NCBI GenBank assembly: GCA_028023455.1
Contig: JAQFVV010000009.1
Span: 1,550,001 to 1,614,000, forward strand
Direction: 5' to 3'
DNA: 64,000 nucleotides
DNA from: Epiperipatus broadwayi
Lineage: Eukaryota > Animalia > Onychophora
Shown here: positions 38,227-52,509 of the stretch, in pieces
How the letters are laid out: each line of letters starts with the position of its first letter
How positions within the stretch are numbered: the stretch's first letter is position 1
Program-made: the position numbers and the translations under genes
Notes under the pieces: generated by a model
What the model was told of the DNA's origin: nothing
What the model saw: only the letters and a program-made list of their open reading frames with translations
The model's database searches: none

Positions 38227-39244
38227 TGTCATATCTGAACTTGCCTTCAAAAGTGGACTGGTTCAGATTCCTTTCCTATGTAATCGGATTGAGCACGCAT
38301 TTCCGATAACTAATGTGTAAATGTGTGGATTACCAATGTATAAACATTGTCGAAGGGTAAAACATAAGTATGGACGATGTATAAACATGTGTATAAAATC
38401 ATACCATTGGTTAGGCTCTCTAAATCTGATTGCTACCAGTAAGGTAGGGGATCTAGCAATAAATAGTCAGACTTTTTGGAGGCAAACCAGAGAGAACGTC
38501 TGTCTACCTGAACTACTGAACATGCTCTCCATTAAAACCATTTCCAATAGCAAAGATGTTTCTACTATATTCACTACCAATATGTCTATGCAGTGAGATA
38601 AGTCCACGATAGGGTTGGAAGCTGCTACGACGACGGCAGATTCGAGGCAAGCTGTCTAATACAGCTGGAAGAGTCATTTAACAAACTCGAGGCATGCTGT
38701 TCAGTACAGCCGGAAGAGTTAAGTCTAGAACTCCCAAAGGAAGCTAACTTATATACAGCTGGAAGTGAGTCCAGTTATTCGGAATGACCAGCTCATTACT
38801 AACTAAGTTATATGTTAAATTGTATTATTGATTGTATAATATATATTTGTTCTAATAAATTATTACTTTTTCATTTACCATTGTCAACCTTCCTCCATTC
38901 ACAACTTTGACGCCATCCATTTCTGATAAATACACTAATGATTATTACTAATCATTTTCGAAACTAGAGATTATCTCTAGCACAGATATAAACTTTAAAC
39001 CTCAGTTAAAGATTAATATATCTGATTTTTAAAATTTTACACAGAGTGCTGGTTCAGCACGAAATGCATCTTGGGGGTCAATTGTCTTTTATTGTATCTT
39101 TATTTATATGAATTTAAAAAGAATGGGGAAGTATGGAGGTGTTTATTATTTCTAATAAATTATACATATTAAATAGTGAGTGTTTATATTTTTAATATTA
39201 CTGTTAGTTTGAGTCTGAAACCTGCAATTGAGCTGAACACAACA
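38227..39244 (+). mobile_element. Solo LTR (family B) containing a 286-bp insertion
   Basis: TGTCATAT...CACAACA termini, perfect TSD CATAT (38222-38226, 39245-39249), similar to 11482-12123. Confidence 0.88.
38864..39149 (+). mobile_element. 286-bp non-coding insert carrying a hammerhead-like hairpin
   Basis: Flanked by 14-bp direct repeat TTCTAATAAATTAT (38850-38863, 39150-39163); contains GTGCTG-gtt-CAGCAC-GAAA-TGCATC-TTGGGGG. Confidence 0.6.
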
Positions 39245-41699
39245 CATATGTTAAATAATGTTTAAGATAATAGCAGAGTTAGTTATTTTTAAGCCAAATA
39301 AATTAATAATTTTGAAAATTAATCACCGGCGCTCTTTGAAGTTTGAGTTCTTTGTGGAATTTAGAATCATTAATAGGAGGCGGTGTTACGATATTATAGT
39401 ACAGTATTTATATATACATTTTTTCCTGTAATCTATTTAGTTTTCCTAACATGTATAAAATAATTAAGCTGTTGCGGAAAATTATCGTCAAAGTTTTATG
39501 GCTTTTTTTTTTTTTAATGATGCAAAACAAATATTTAGTTATTATTATTGCAAAATATTTAAGTGATTTAATTATCACATTTGAAAGAAAATTATTAGCA
39601 GGAAATAGCATCACGTAGCTTCCTTTCACTATAAAATTAACCAGTATCCTGATTTAATAATTATTGTCTTATTTTAAGTATATTCAGAGACTAGTCTTAT
39701 AAATAATCGTAAAGATGACTAAAATCTTAATTGTTTTATTTTTATTGGTAAGTATCTAATATTTTATTTCTTATTATCGTCGTTGGATTAGGGATTTTCT
39801 TTAATTAACAATTTTTATTGAAGTGCTAAAATTATAACATTTGCATTGGCTACAATAGTCATATATCTTATACAATCAGTAGTTAGTATAATTTATTTAT
39901 GTATATTAGATTTTTTGCTGAAGATAGTTGCGATGTAGTTAATAATAAAAAAGCTCTAGTGAGCAAAAAAATAGAAACGTAACGAAGACTGAAGTTAAAC
40001 TATTTTTAAAAATTAGCTAGAAAAAGATGCCGGAGTAGCAATTTCTAATTATGATTTTTTTTTTAAAATTGGATATGTAAGTGCATATGCTTAATCAACA
40101 ATACCTTCTCTCTTTTTTATACATTAAAAAAGCAGCGTGATACCCATATTGTTCTGATAATATGCTGAACAAATGGAGATCATAATTTAATAAATAAATA
40201 GAAACTTAAAATAGATAGTATACTAATCAGGAAAGATCGGTAACCTGCGACTTGCTAGCCACATGTGCTCTTTAATAACAAACTTACCGCTCTTTTTATC
40301 ATGATAAACACAAATATATATTTTAATTTTGATTTGTACAATAATTAGTAAATAAATATTTTTTCATGGTTACAGGTTCTTTTTGGATTTAGCCAAATTA
40401 AAGCATAATAAATACTGTATATTGACGAATGTTTAAATAATACAAATTTGTAAATAAATCAACTATTTAAAGTTTTTGTTTATGATACTTTTAATTTTCA
40501 TTATATATAATAATTCTATTACTAAAATAAATGTTCATATACAACAACAATCTTTCAAAAAATTCGTATCAAGCACCTCCACTCTTGTGGCTGCTTTGAT
40601 TTTTTTTTTGGTCGGGATATTTAAATAAAATGACTTCATATTAAAAAGGTTGGCGATACCCTGCTAAAATAAAATGTGTTGGAGTGAGGGGGCAAAACAC
40701 ATTATTACCAGAAAAGGTCAAATGTTATCACTTGGTTTAATTATAAATCTGTAGAGAAGTGTAGTTAACTGTTAACTAATCTAGGTTAATGCGTCAGATG
40801 TTAATTCCATCAATGTAATTACGCATGTCTGCGTGTGCCTTGTGTATGTTTAATAAATTCTTCAAAATATTTTATTTTATAATAAATTGATTATATAAGT
40901 CTTGAAATACGAAGTATGCTATTTTTCATCATTTCGCAACAGCATACACACGCATTGTGAATTAGGACCACGATAGTTAAATGAGACATCGTATGTATCT
41001 CTTTATTGAAATACCTACTTCAATAAAATAAATATAAGATGCATTTTCTCAGTTATTTTATATCAATAAAGGATGTTTCATTATTTTTTTGCTCAAGAAG
41101 AAATTTTCTGATAATAATAAAGAACTTGCAACTACTATTTTCTTATTATTAAGAATTATGTACTATAAATAAAAAAAGTATAAATGATTATAAATATTTT
41201 TTCCGTTTCTCTTTTCTTTAATTCTTGAAATTATAGAAATGTTTACAATATTTGATATTAATAATTGAATAAATGTCTGGTATCTGAAGATGCTATTATT
41301 GTTTACTCTGAAAATTATATCAAGTTATATCCATTAAATTGATATAAATTATGCCCATTAACTTGATATAAGATTAATTGTTTACAAGGTACATTGTCTT
41401 CGTTTTTTTTAAAAAAATATATATATTAAAATGTAGACTATATTCCAAATTGGACCAATGCTAAAATTACCACTCTTTGGCATTTCCATACCTGGTATTT
41501 GTTGAAGTTAATACAACATTTTGAAATGAGGTTTGATTTTCGGAAATGTATTTATATTGAGACAGTAATGTCTCATGGCATACAACAACATGTAGTGTAT
41601 GTGCATGTATATATATGTATTATTATATCTAATGTTTTTTGGTCTTATATGATGTAAATAAAGTGGTTTTGGAGTTAAACTTTGTTATTTTTACTTACT

Positions 41700-42060
41700 T
41701 CCCAATATTTCATTGAAATAGCATCCACCATTGTCAAGGTTAACTTTTCAAAGTAAAACCGTTAGATTGATTCTGAACATGAAGTAGTTGAGCATTCAGA
41801 ATATGTGAAGTAACAAAATGTTCATTTTCTTCAGTTTCACCATTAATTATTTTCAAGTTTATATTAAAAGAAAGAGATGAAATAAGTGTTCTCCATAATG
41901 TTGGAACATATTGAGCTTTATCAGCTTTATTTAACCCAGTTGGTTTTTTTAATATTTCAATTGATTCCCTCATGGTTTATTTCATCGAAACATTGAGAAG
42001 TAAGCAAAAATAACACCCAGTTTACATGCATTTTATGGAGTAGAGAATCCTCCAGGATGC
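41700..42060 (-). mobile_element. Penelope-like element 3' remnant
   Basis: ORF 41740-41973 RESIEILKKPTGLNKADK..PTLWRTLI (GIY-YIG C-terminus); degenerate TGAC/AAT-stem-GAAA tail at 41701-41738. 5' boundary approximate. Confidence 0.65.
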
Positions 42061-44616
42061 TTTTCCTGACTTTTCCAGTAGTGTAGCTGAATATAGAACT
42101 GTAGATTTAAAAAAAATGCCTTAAAAATTAATCTTGATTTTGCTGATCTATTCATCATTATTGAATGTTGAAGAAATATTTGACAGTTACTTGCTATAAA
42201 AAGAAAACTAGTCCTCTAAAGTAATTATCGCATGGGAATATGCTTTTATAAATTAATCTATGAATCTATTTTAAATGTTCAGAAAAAAATTGCAATGGAA
42301 ACTTTCCTAAAAAAATTGCCTTGGAAGGAACCAACAAAAATAGCTAAAATATTAATTGTCAGAAGACATTAAAATATAATGATTAATAGATCTGTTCTCA
42401 TATTTACAGATACAAAATATATATGTGAGCTCACAAAGACATTAAAGTAAATCACCTGAACTTTCTATAGTTATCCTCAAAGAGATTGTAAGTTACAAAG
42501 ATTTTTCTCTCTCACGTGTGATTTTTATATAATTTTCTTTATTGTAAATGTGTAAATATTTTTTTTATAATCATTATCATTTTTTGATTAGAGTTATTGT
42601 TGTTGTTAATAATTTTATTGTTTGTCATTTTTCATCTGAACCAAGCTGATTATTTATTTTGTTAATGCACACAGTTATTAGGTGGATGGAGTAATTATCA
42701 GGAAATATAAATTAATGTGTGTGGAAATTTGTTTTTACACATATTCAATTTGATCATCGTTACTTGTGACTAGTACCAATCTGTCAATTAAAAATAAATT
42801 GTATTCATAATTTTCATCATATACACAGTTGCCTGTTACTTGTCTTTAAATTCCCCTGGACAAAAATTTTAATTTGCCAAATATTGTATTTTTTTATTAT
42901 TTAATTGTTAACTGAATTTATTACCAATTGTTTAAAAAAGGCATTTACTGTTACAATATATATATAAAGTTAAAAGGAAAAATAGAAATTAACACAAAGA
43001 AAATTTCTTATACATAATAAAAATATATGCACTGGAATAACAGATTAATGGTTAAATAATAATTTTGATATTTAAAATTATTAGAAATTATTGTACTTTA
43101 AATCAAGCATTAAAAAAGAATCTATTTAATGTTTTATTTAATTCTGATTTTGATAATTAAAAAAAACAAAACTAAAACAATATTTTTTCCATTTTATAAT
43201 AGATAACAGTTGTAAAATTCTCCTATCTATTTTTAGTTGGATTTAAATAAGATTTTTTTTTAAATTAAAACTATTTTTGATAAATAAAAATTATTATAAT
43301 ATATTTTGATTTTAAATTTTATAATCTGATTTTGTTTGAAGTATTAAGAAAATTTTTAGATAAAAAAATGTTTTTGATTAATGGGAATTGAAAAGAGATT
43401 ATTATTTTTTTATCAAGATTTTTTTTAAAAAAGCTTTATTGTGTCTTCAAATTCCTTCATACACTATAAAAAGTGGGTTTGAGAGAGAAAAAAAGGGGAC
43501 ATTTATAAAGGGAAAGCAGATGTAAAGATTCAACCAGCTGTTGCTAGTTTCCTGATATCAAGTTTAAATTCACATGGAAGCTAAGGGCTGATTTTTCTGT
43601 GGTTAATAGCCAATATGTGTGCATTAGACTGCTTGCCAGTCTGAAGTCCATTGAATTATAGAGACTTAATGGAGCTGACTGACTACCAATGTTAACTTAA
43701 CATATGCTTAACCTGAAAATGGCAAGAAGTCAGTATACTAAAACAGGCGAACTAGTGGTTTAAGTCACTATACTGTTCTATCGCTGACATGATTAGAATA
43801 AGTCAGCTTACTGAGAGGCTATTGTGCTATATTTTATACATATGCTGTTTTATCTGTATACAAAGAATCACAAACAAAGATTGCTATGACTATATATATA
43901 TATACTATGCATACATAGCTAGTGAGTACAAATGATATTATTTCAAACATCTAACTTTGTAGTTAAAGTTAAATATTTAATTTATAAGTTTTAAAATAAA
44001 TGACTTTTCATTATATTATCCAACTAAAGGGAAAATAAAGTAAGAAAATAATAAATGATCTGTTTGTCTTCATAGGATTTATTCCAGTTATCATTCATAA
44101 AATATTTTATTTTAGAATTAGAAAAGTAAACGCAGAAATCTTTCTTAAATATTGGAAATGAAGAAACAAAAGCCAAAGTTCAAACCAAACTGTTAAAGAT
44201 AATGCTTTCTTTTAAAAACTTTTTCTTACAATTAAAAAAATAATGTACTAATAACTTTGATTTGTAAGAAGATAATATTTAAAATTTGTACCCCTTATTT
44301 TATATTAGAATACACCCATATATGTGCATTTGTTTTATATATTTTTTCAATGTTTAGTTAATTATGTCATATGAGAATATAATAATATGGATATATGAAT
44401 TTAATAAATTTATTACTGACAAATAAAATATTATTATGATACAAATGCTAGTGTGTGCACATATTTGCATAGGTTCCCATATATCTGAAAATCAGTCTTG
44501 TATGTCTTATTAAAATTAATTATTTTTTTTTTTTTAGTTTATTGACTTTTGAATGTTAATTTTATATTTTTATATTTTTCTTCTTCCTTTTCCTATGTAT
44601 TGATTTCTACTTTAAC

Positions 44617-45945
44617 ATATACCATTTACAACTTTCTTAAACTTATCAATACTATTTATTTATATCAAAACTAACAGTTTTGACTGTTCTGCCATCATCA
44701 TCAGAGCTACAATATTCAAATATATAATTATATAATTAATACACATATTCATATACATAATTAAATACACAAAATAAAATAAAATATACATTTTAACCTG
44801 ACCATTATAAATAATCATTTCCCATTTTATTACTTTACTCTTAAATAATTCTATCCACATTTATTTTATATCGCTTTATAAAATATTAAGGATTTTAAAC
44901 TTCTCCCTCGATAATTTAATATACAAATTAAAAAGCGTATGAAACACTTGAACGCTTTTTAATTTGTATATTTATATCACTTTATTTTATTTTTTTTTTT
45001 TAAAAATTATTTATTATAATTATAAAACTTTAACATTTATTCTACTATTTAATATATATTATTGTCATTTTACTTATATTATAAATCAACTCCTTACCTT
45101 TTTATTTGCATTCATTAGAAACATGTCATAGGTTTGAAAAAGATAATATAAAAATGATTAATTATACAAATGATAGAAGGAATAGGAAAATTAAAGAAGC
45201 AATTTGATTAAGAATACAAAACAAAATCTTAGTAGGGATTTTGAAATAAAGTCAATAATTTTATAAGTAATTATTATTAATAATAGTTTGAATTTGAAAA
45301 ACATTAAAAGAATAAAGTTGAAGAAAATGAGATAGAGGGAGCTGTTAAACGAGTGTACAAATTTTGAAAATTTTGTCAGTTGAGTTTTTAGAAATAGGAT
45401 TGTAAAGAGATAAGTAATTTTTGTAATGTAAAAAAGTAATTTGTAATGTGGGAAAAGTTAATTGATAATTATAAAATATTTAACAAAAATAAGAAAAGGT
45501 TAAAAGTTGATTTATAATATAAGTAAAACAACAATAATATGTATTAAATAGTAGATTTTAAAAAAATAATAATAAAGTGATATAAAATAAATGTGGATAG
45601 AATTATTTAAGAGTAAAGTAATAAAATGAGAAATGATTATTTATAATGGTCAGGTTTATATTTTATTTTTGTTTTATTTTGTGTATTTAATTATGTATAT
45701 GAATGTCTATAAGTGTATTAATTATATAATTATATATTTGAATATTACAAAAAAATCAAGTCAGATGTCACATGATGTAATTTAATAAGCTTGTATTACA
45801 AATGTTATATATAGAGCCTGCAAATAAGCTCTTAACAAGCTTTGCAGAATATTCCCAACTCTTGTAGCTCTGTTGATGACTGCAGGACAATCAAAACTAA
45901 ATAAATAGTACTGATAAAGTTTTTAAAAAGTTTTAAATGGTATAA
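44617..45945. mobile_element. Penelope-like remnant with long inverted terminal (pLTR-like) arms
   Basis: ~450-500-bp inverted arms; the centre encodes HRFEKDNIKMINYTNDRRNRKIKEAI*LR (GIY-YIG C-terminus); hammerhead-like cores at 44671-44710 (-) and 45864-45900 (+). Confidence 0.75.
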
Positions 45946-46609
45946 TATATTCTTATATTGGCATATCTGTGTGCTTATATAAGTGTGTGTCGTGTAAATA
46001 TATGTAAATTACTATAATATAGCATATTTCTTATTTTTAATCAAAATCAGAATGATATATTTATATTTATAGTGTACTTAACAGACTTTTAATTTGATTT
46101 TAATTTTATTGTTTCTAATTAATAAATTTATATATTATTGGTTATTCTAGTAAATTTATTTAATATTAAAATAGGTTTAAAATATTATATGTTGATATTT
46201 ACAATCATAGTCCCTAGAGTCCTTGCTTTCCAAGCTAGCCTGACTAATAAGGATTGGTTTATATATATATGTGAGGAGTTATATATTTGTGGATGAACAA
46301 CAAGATAGTTCTCATGATGGTATAAAGGTACTACCATTAAAGTCCTTTCACTGCATTTTATTTTTTAAAAAAGAAAATTCCATATATTATAGTTGGCATC
46401 TGAGCATGGATAGTGATGCAGTTTGTAATTATAATTACTGTCATAATTACTTATAGTTATGCTCTCATTTCTTTTATTCATGCTCATTTTCTTCATTTAT
46501 TCATTTTATCTGTGATGATTATTTATGTTAAATGGGAATGATGATGATTTCCCATCTTTCCATGATTGTTCCTATTTTCTGTATACATATACTGCTTGAA
46601 CCATAAATT

Positions 46610-48760
46610 GTCATTTAATTTTGTCAATTGAATTGAGAATCTGTGTCAGTTAATTATAAATAAATATTTAGAATATGCAAAAGTAATATAATGGATCATA
46701 TGTGTACACAACACATTAACTAAATGTTAAAATCTTTATTAAAAGTATGTACAATAGCAAAACAAAATAGTAAGGAAAACATATATGATATTTATAATAA
46801 TAGAGTTTTGCCTCTGCTATAGTTGACAAATTATGAACACCTACATATTCACTTTGGATTTCCACCAACCAAAAGAACAAGCTGGATTTAAAAGTGGTTT
46901 TAGTACAATAGATCATATCCAGGTATTGAGAGAAGTCATAGAAAGGACAAACGAATATGAGTTGTCATTATGTTTTGGATTTGTAGATTATGAAAAGGCA
47001 TTCGATTCTCTACACATTTCTTCAGTGATTAAAGCATTGGATCATCAAGGTATAGATCCAGGATATTGTCATATTTTAAAGAATATTTATAAAAATGCAA
47101 CAGCAACAATTAGATTACATAATGTTACTAGGAAAGTTAACATTGAGAAGGGTGTAAGACAGGGTGACTCTATATCTCCAAAACTCTTTACAGCAGTGCT
47201 GCAAGAAGTATTTTGTGGATTAAAATGGGAAACTAAAGGCGTGAAAGTAAATGGAGAGTATTTAAGTCATTTAGATTTCGCAGATGATGTAGTTGTTTTT
47301 GCAAATAATGCTTCATAGCTGTAGGAAATGTTGCAGGAGTTATCAGATGAAAGTAGGACTAAAGATAAATGTTAAAAAGACTAAAGTAATGTTTAATCGA
47401 TTTGCTCAAAATATGAAAATAAAGATTGATTATGAAGAATTAGAAGAAGTTAACAGTTACAAATACCTTGGTCAGATTATTAATACAGATGGAAACATAA
47501 TGGAAGAAATTAATCATAGAATTAAACTTGTTTGGAGTGCTTTTGGTAGAAATAACTTGATACTAAAAGGAAATATGCCTATGTGTTTGAAAAGGATGGT
47601 TTTTAACAAATGTGTTTTACCAGTTCTTACTTATGGATCTGAGACTTGGACACTTAATAGAAGAGCAATACAGAGACTTCAGACCATTCAAATGAGAATG
47701 GAGAGATGTATGTTGGGAGTAACAAGAAGAGATCGAAAATGCAATGTATGGGTAAGACAACAAACAGGTGTTACTAACCTTATTGAAAAAATTAAAAGAT
47801 TGAAATGGAGTTGGGCTGGACATATTGCTAGAAGAGATGATAATAGATGGACAATTGAAATTTTAAACGGGATTCCAAGAGATTGTAAAAGACCTAGAAA
47901 AAGACCACATGTGAGATGGATGGATGAAATAAGAAAATGTGCAGGGGTGTTGTGGAGAAGAGAAGCTAAAGATCAGAGAAGATGGATTAAACTTGGAGAG
48001 ACCTTCATCCTGCAGTGGATTGATAATGGTTGATGATGATGATGACATATTCACTCAGGTTTCAACAAGAGAGTTTCAGCATTATTTCCCAAGTTACTAG
48101 TTGTATTATTAATATCTATTCTCAGCCTATTGAGACATGGTGATGTCAGTAGCTAGCATCTTCCTGCTTCAGGCTTGAGCATGAAGCAATGGAGAGCATG
48201 ATTATTATCATCTAATGTCTGACAGTTGTCTGGTGTTGGCTGAATTATTCTCTCAAATGGACTTCAATATATAGCAAGATCCTGTCTTTATTGGAAGCAA
48301 TTGGATTCCCTGATCTAGCTTTCCAAATGAGTTGTTTATGCCATTTATTATCCCCCCCCCCATTTATTGTTATTTCATTGTTCAGCTGAATTGAATCTGG
48401 TTTTGATAACATTATGGTCTAGATCAATCCACTATTTGAAAGTAAACTTATCAGTTTACAATATTCCCTCCCCCTGAAAGTTAGTTTTGGTATATATAGT
48501 TTGTCAGATAGCTTGGTAAAATGTCTAAGTCATCTTTTCAGTTCATTTTTAGGCCTTGTTTATCATCATCAGGTCTGAATTTCTTTATCGGATTTGGTCT
48601 TGTCATCAGATCTTATTTCTTTGTCTGGTCTGGAATTTTCATTGGATCTGATGAATCTTTTATTATTGCATGATGTTCTGTAGTGTGGTCTCAACTGATC
48701 TCTGTGCATGTGCTATCAATCTAAGGTATGGATAACCATCATATGCAATATAAATAGCAA
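46610..48760 (-). mobile_element. Truncated Gypsy 3' end: integrase tail, PPT and a family-B-related LTR split by an RTE insertion
   Basis: Minus frame HMHRDQLRP..KLSDKL; PPT AGGGGGAGGGAA next to TGTAAAC at 48460; LTR shares TTGCTTCCAATAAG..GGATCT and CATGCTCTCCATT with family B. Left end uncertain. Confidence 0.65.
46854..48044 (+). mobile_element. 5'-truncated RTE LINE, relatively well preserved
   Basis: ORFs 46833-47318 and 47293-48033 (EQAGFKSGFSTIDH, VDYEKAFDS, GVRQGDSISPKLF, FADDV, YKYLGQ, LTYGSETW, KWSWAGH); (GAT)n tail; 11-bp TSD ACATATTCACT (46843-46853, 48045-48055). Confidence 0.95.
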
Positions 48761-50281
48761 GATCTCTATATTCTTATTTTAATAATCAAATTCATTGATT
48801 CAGTTTTCTGATTGGCATATTTATGTCTTTATTTACATTTATTTCCATTTAATTGGTCAGTTCTATTATCCATTCGATCTTAACTTGATTTCTTTATCGT
48901 CTGGATCAGTTTATTATTTTAGAATAAGCTTGAGATGATTTCACAAAAATGTTTATTATTAATTAATTCAAAAATTTTAGAGAATACAATTAAAATCAGA
49001 AACCAGTTAGATAAAATAAAAAAAGAATACTAAATGAAAAGACAGTTAACTTTGATTAAGTCAATTAAATTATATACAGATAATTTAAATGAGAAAAATT
49101 TAGCACTTACTAAATTGTATAAGTTGTTACTTTAGATGGTTTGATGACTTTTGCGCATGGATTAGTATTAATATTTTAAAAGATCAGAAGATTACATGTT
49201 AAAGCTTAGTATGAGATATTGTAAGTGTATTATAATAATTGTGAACTTTATTCTGATGTTTTTATGGTAATTAAAAATTAACTCGAAATCAACCACCTAT
49301 TTGACAATATATTTTATCCTATGAAAGAAATTTATTTATTATTTTTAATAATTATGGAATTGATATCAGAATTGTATTTTGAGTTTTACTCTAATGAAAT
49401 TGATGCTATCATATTTATCTGCATCTTCTTTACCTGAAGACAGATAAAGTGACTGGACAATATAATCTTTATAGCCAAATAATACAATTTATCACAGCTG
49501 ATAATTTGCCATTGCCCTATTAACATAATTTATTCTGCATCACAATTTTAAAACTTTCATAAATCTTAATGAGTCCCTTACATCATTAAGATGCATTTTG
49601 TTTGATTTATAAAATGTTTTGCACTTAATGTGATCAATAGTGCTAGTATAATGGAAAAATTTTGAATATGATTTTTCAATAAAACTGAAAGTATTCTAGA
49701 CACAATGTTATATTAGTATAATATTAATTTTACATTAAAGTTCTTTTCATGAAATTCTTTTTTTTTTTTAAATCATAAAACAGAATTTACTTACAAATAT
49801 TTTAAAAGTTATTACTTTTAGGACTTCACTTTTCTAAAAATAAAGTGATTTTTTTTTTTACAGTAATTCAAGATAATAATCATATTTGCTGTGGTTAGAA
49901 TGTAAATTTTTTTATTATTATCATCATCATTATTATAGTTTGTAATTTAAATTAAAAATAATGTTCACCATTTTCTTTTTTTTTAAAAAAAAACCTTTAT
50001 TTGTTACTTCTGTATTAAAAATATGAATATTTGTATATCATTTATTATGATTTTTTTTTCAAGAATATAAATAACATTATTAGTGAAAAAATTGGGAGGG
50101 CCAGAATTATATATATTTATATTAATAATAGATATAAAAACTTCTTAATTTTAAAAATGCAAAAAATTTGAAATTTTTCAAAAATTTAAGTATTATAATA
50201 AAAAATTTAAAAAACACCTAAAAAAGGCAATTTACTTTATAAGACAAATACATCCTTTTTTTACTCACTTAACAATGCTAT

Positions 50282-50567
50282 ATTTATATTTACTTGATCA
50301 ATCTTACAGTTTTGACTGATCAGTAAACTTCATGTACATGAATATACAAACAGATTATCTAACCTGCATAAATAATATACACATAATAATTAGTTATGCA
50401 TCTAAATGCATACCTCACATATCTATATTACAATTTATCATAACCATGTGTATATATTGTTTATATGGATTAGATAATATATATAATCATGTGCATTTGT
50501 GTATATTTTATCTTTGAAGAAGGCTGCTGGTCAGTCAAAATTGTAAGATTCGTCAGAAAATATAAAT
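50282..50567. repeat. Short element with ~50-bp inverted ends resembling PLE termini
   Basis: TCTTACAGTTTTGACTGATCAG is inverted as CTGGTCAGTCAAAATTGTAAGA; right arm reads TTGAAGA-A-GGCTG-ctggt-CAGTC-AAAA. Confidence 0.65.
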
Positions 50568-51359
50568 GTAATCTTGTTAAAGTGATTAAATAAGTGAATT
50601 TGTTTTACAAATTAACCAATGCATAAAGAAAGTGTAAGATGAAATAAAAATAAAATATTTCAACTTAATTTGTTCATCTTTCTATCTTATATTCTTTAAA
50701 TCAATTAAAATTTTTGAAAACATCATAACTATTCATATGAATAAAAATGCTTTATCTTTTAAATCTATCATTTATTCTCAAAACTTCTAATTAATTAACA
50801 TAAATAAAAGAAATTTGTAAACTTAATTAAAAGATTAGAAAACTAAATAGAATTTATGCAGAATAGAAAAATAAATTATATATTTATATTGTTTATGGTA
50901 TTATAAACATACAAATATAAATAATATATTAAATAATATATTCAAGACATATATATATCTTGCTTATATTATTAGTTATATTATTTACATGTATGTGCAT
51001 TATAATTATATGTAATGATAGTTTATATTTAATAATTAGCTTCATGGAATTAAATTCCTGACTTATTATTTATTCATTAAATATATTCTAAATGTGTATT
51101 TTTTTCAAGTTTTTACTATTATTGTTACTGCTACTTTTAAACATATTTTATATATATGGTTACATTAATATTTGAACAGGCAACTTTAAAAAAAATAATC
51201 AAAATAAAAAACAAAAATTTTACAAATTACAAGGAAGTACAAGATAAGTAATATGAAAAAAAACATAAAGTGTTGATTATATATATTGATGATTACATTA
51301 TTTTAATTCCTTTTTTCCAGTATTGAGCATAAGAAATTAAATACAAAAAAAAACACTTA

Positions 51360-52360
51360 TCAATCCATAGATCAGTGGAGAGGGTGATGTTGTTAGACTC
51401 CATGTAGCTGCAAATATGTCTGCAGATGCTAAGGCTTGATCTCTGATTTTAATTTTGTTGATGAAAAGCAGTCTGAGTTTTTTAGATGTGTGGTTGAAAC
51501 AAAAATGACATTTAAGGAAGCAAAGGGTAAAAAGAAGGAAAGTGTTATTCTGATAGAGGGAAAAAGTCCTCTTTGAATGCTGTTAATGGGCATCTGAATA
51601 GAGGTGATTTGAGATTTTGTAGTAGAAGCGATTAGTGTCCATATGATTGAAGTGCAGTACATTGAAATAAGAAGTGTTCAATGGATTCTTATTTGCTATA
51701 ACAAAGTTGGCAATCAGCATCAATGTTAAAAAATGACATTCTGTGAGATAAAAAAAACTGTTGGTTGGGAGGGCTTTAATATTGATTTTTATGAGGAAGT
51801 AAAGATTCTTAGGCTCTAGATAACAGAATTTAAATTTTTGAATGATTTGCTTGTTAGTAATTATAATTAAGCTCTGTATTGTGTGTGCAGCCTCTATTAT
51901 ACTCACATGTTTATATGTCTCCCAGAATGTAATTTTCCCATAGGTAATATTTGCATTTGTGGTGAATTTATTTGTATATGCTTTAATAAGATAATTTAAA
52001 ATTTTGTTTTTATAGGGTGGAGGTGCATCTGTAGATAGTACAGGCAATTATTTCTCTATAATAGGGAAAAGTTGTGTTAGTCTTACTATTGTGTTGTATG
52101 TTCTTTGTAGATGATATATAAATATAGAATGAAGTGATAGTCCATTGTAGTTAGCAGGCATTTGTATTGATTTGATGCTTATAGCCACTGTCTTCCTATT
52201 CCATATGAGTTTTGTACATAGTGAGTTTATTTTCTTTTTGAAAAAGTTTATATATTTTATTATAGGCATGTAGTATGTGGTTTTGGGGAAGATAAGTATG
52301 TTTAAGATCATAATTTTTGCATGTTGTCAAACGTAGGCTGTAGAGAGTGAATTTATAGTT
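51360..52360 (-). mobile_element. Decayed L1/Tx1-like LINE 3' fragment
   Basis: ORF 52048-52311 ILNILIFPKTTYY..KINSLCTKLIWNRKTVAISIKSIQMPANYNGLSL; homologous to the ~17.7 kb segment. Confidence 0.7.
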
Positions 52361-52442
52361 TATTCAATGAGTTTTGAATTGTGATTCTCATGGCATTTGC
52401 TGATTTACATATGGAAAGACCTAGAAAATTTTGTGGTAGGGC

Positions 52443-52509
52443 ACTACTACTACTATTGCTACTACTACTGCTATTATTATTATTATTATTATTATCATTA
52501 TTATTATTA
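52443..52509. repeat. Compound (CTA)n/(TTA)n microsatellite
   Basis: Directly visible trinucleotide runs. Confidence 0.9.
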
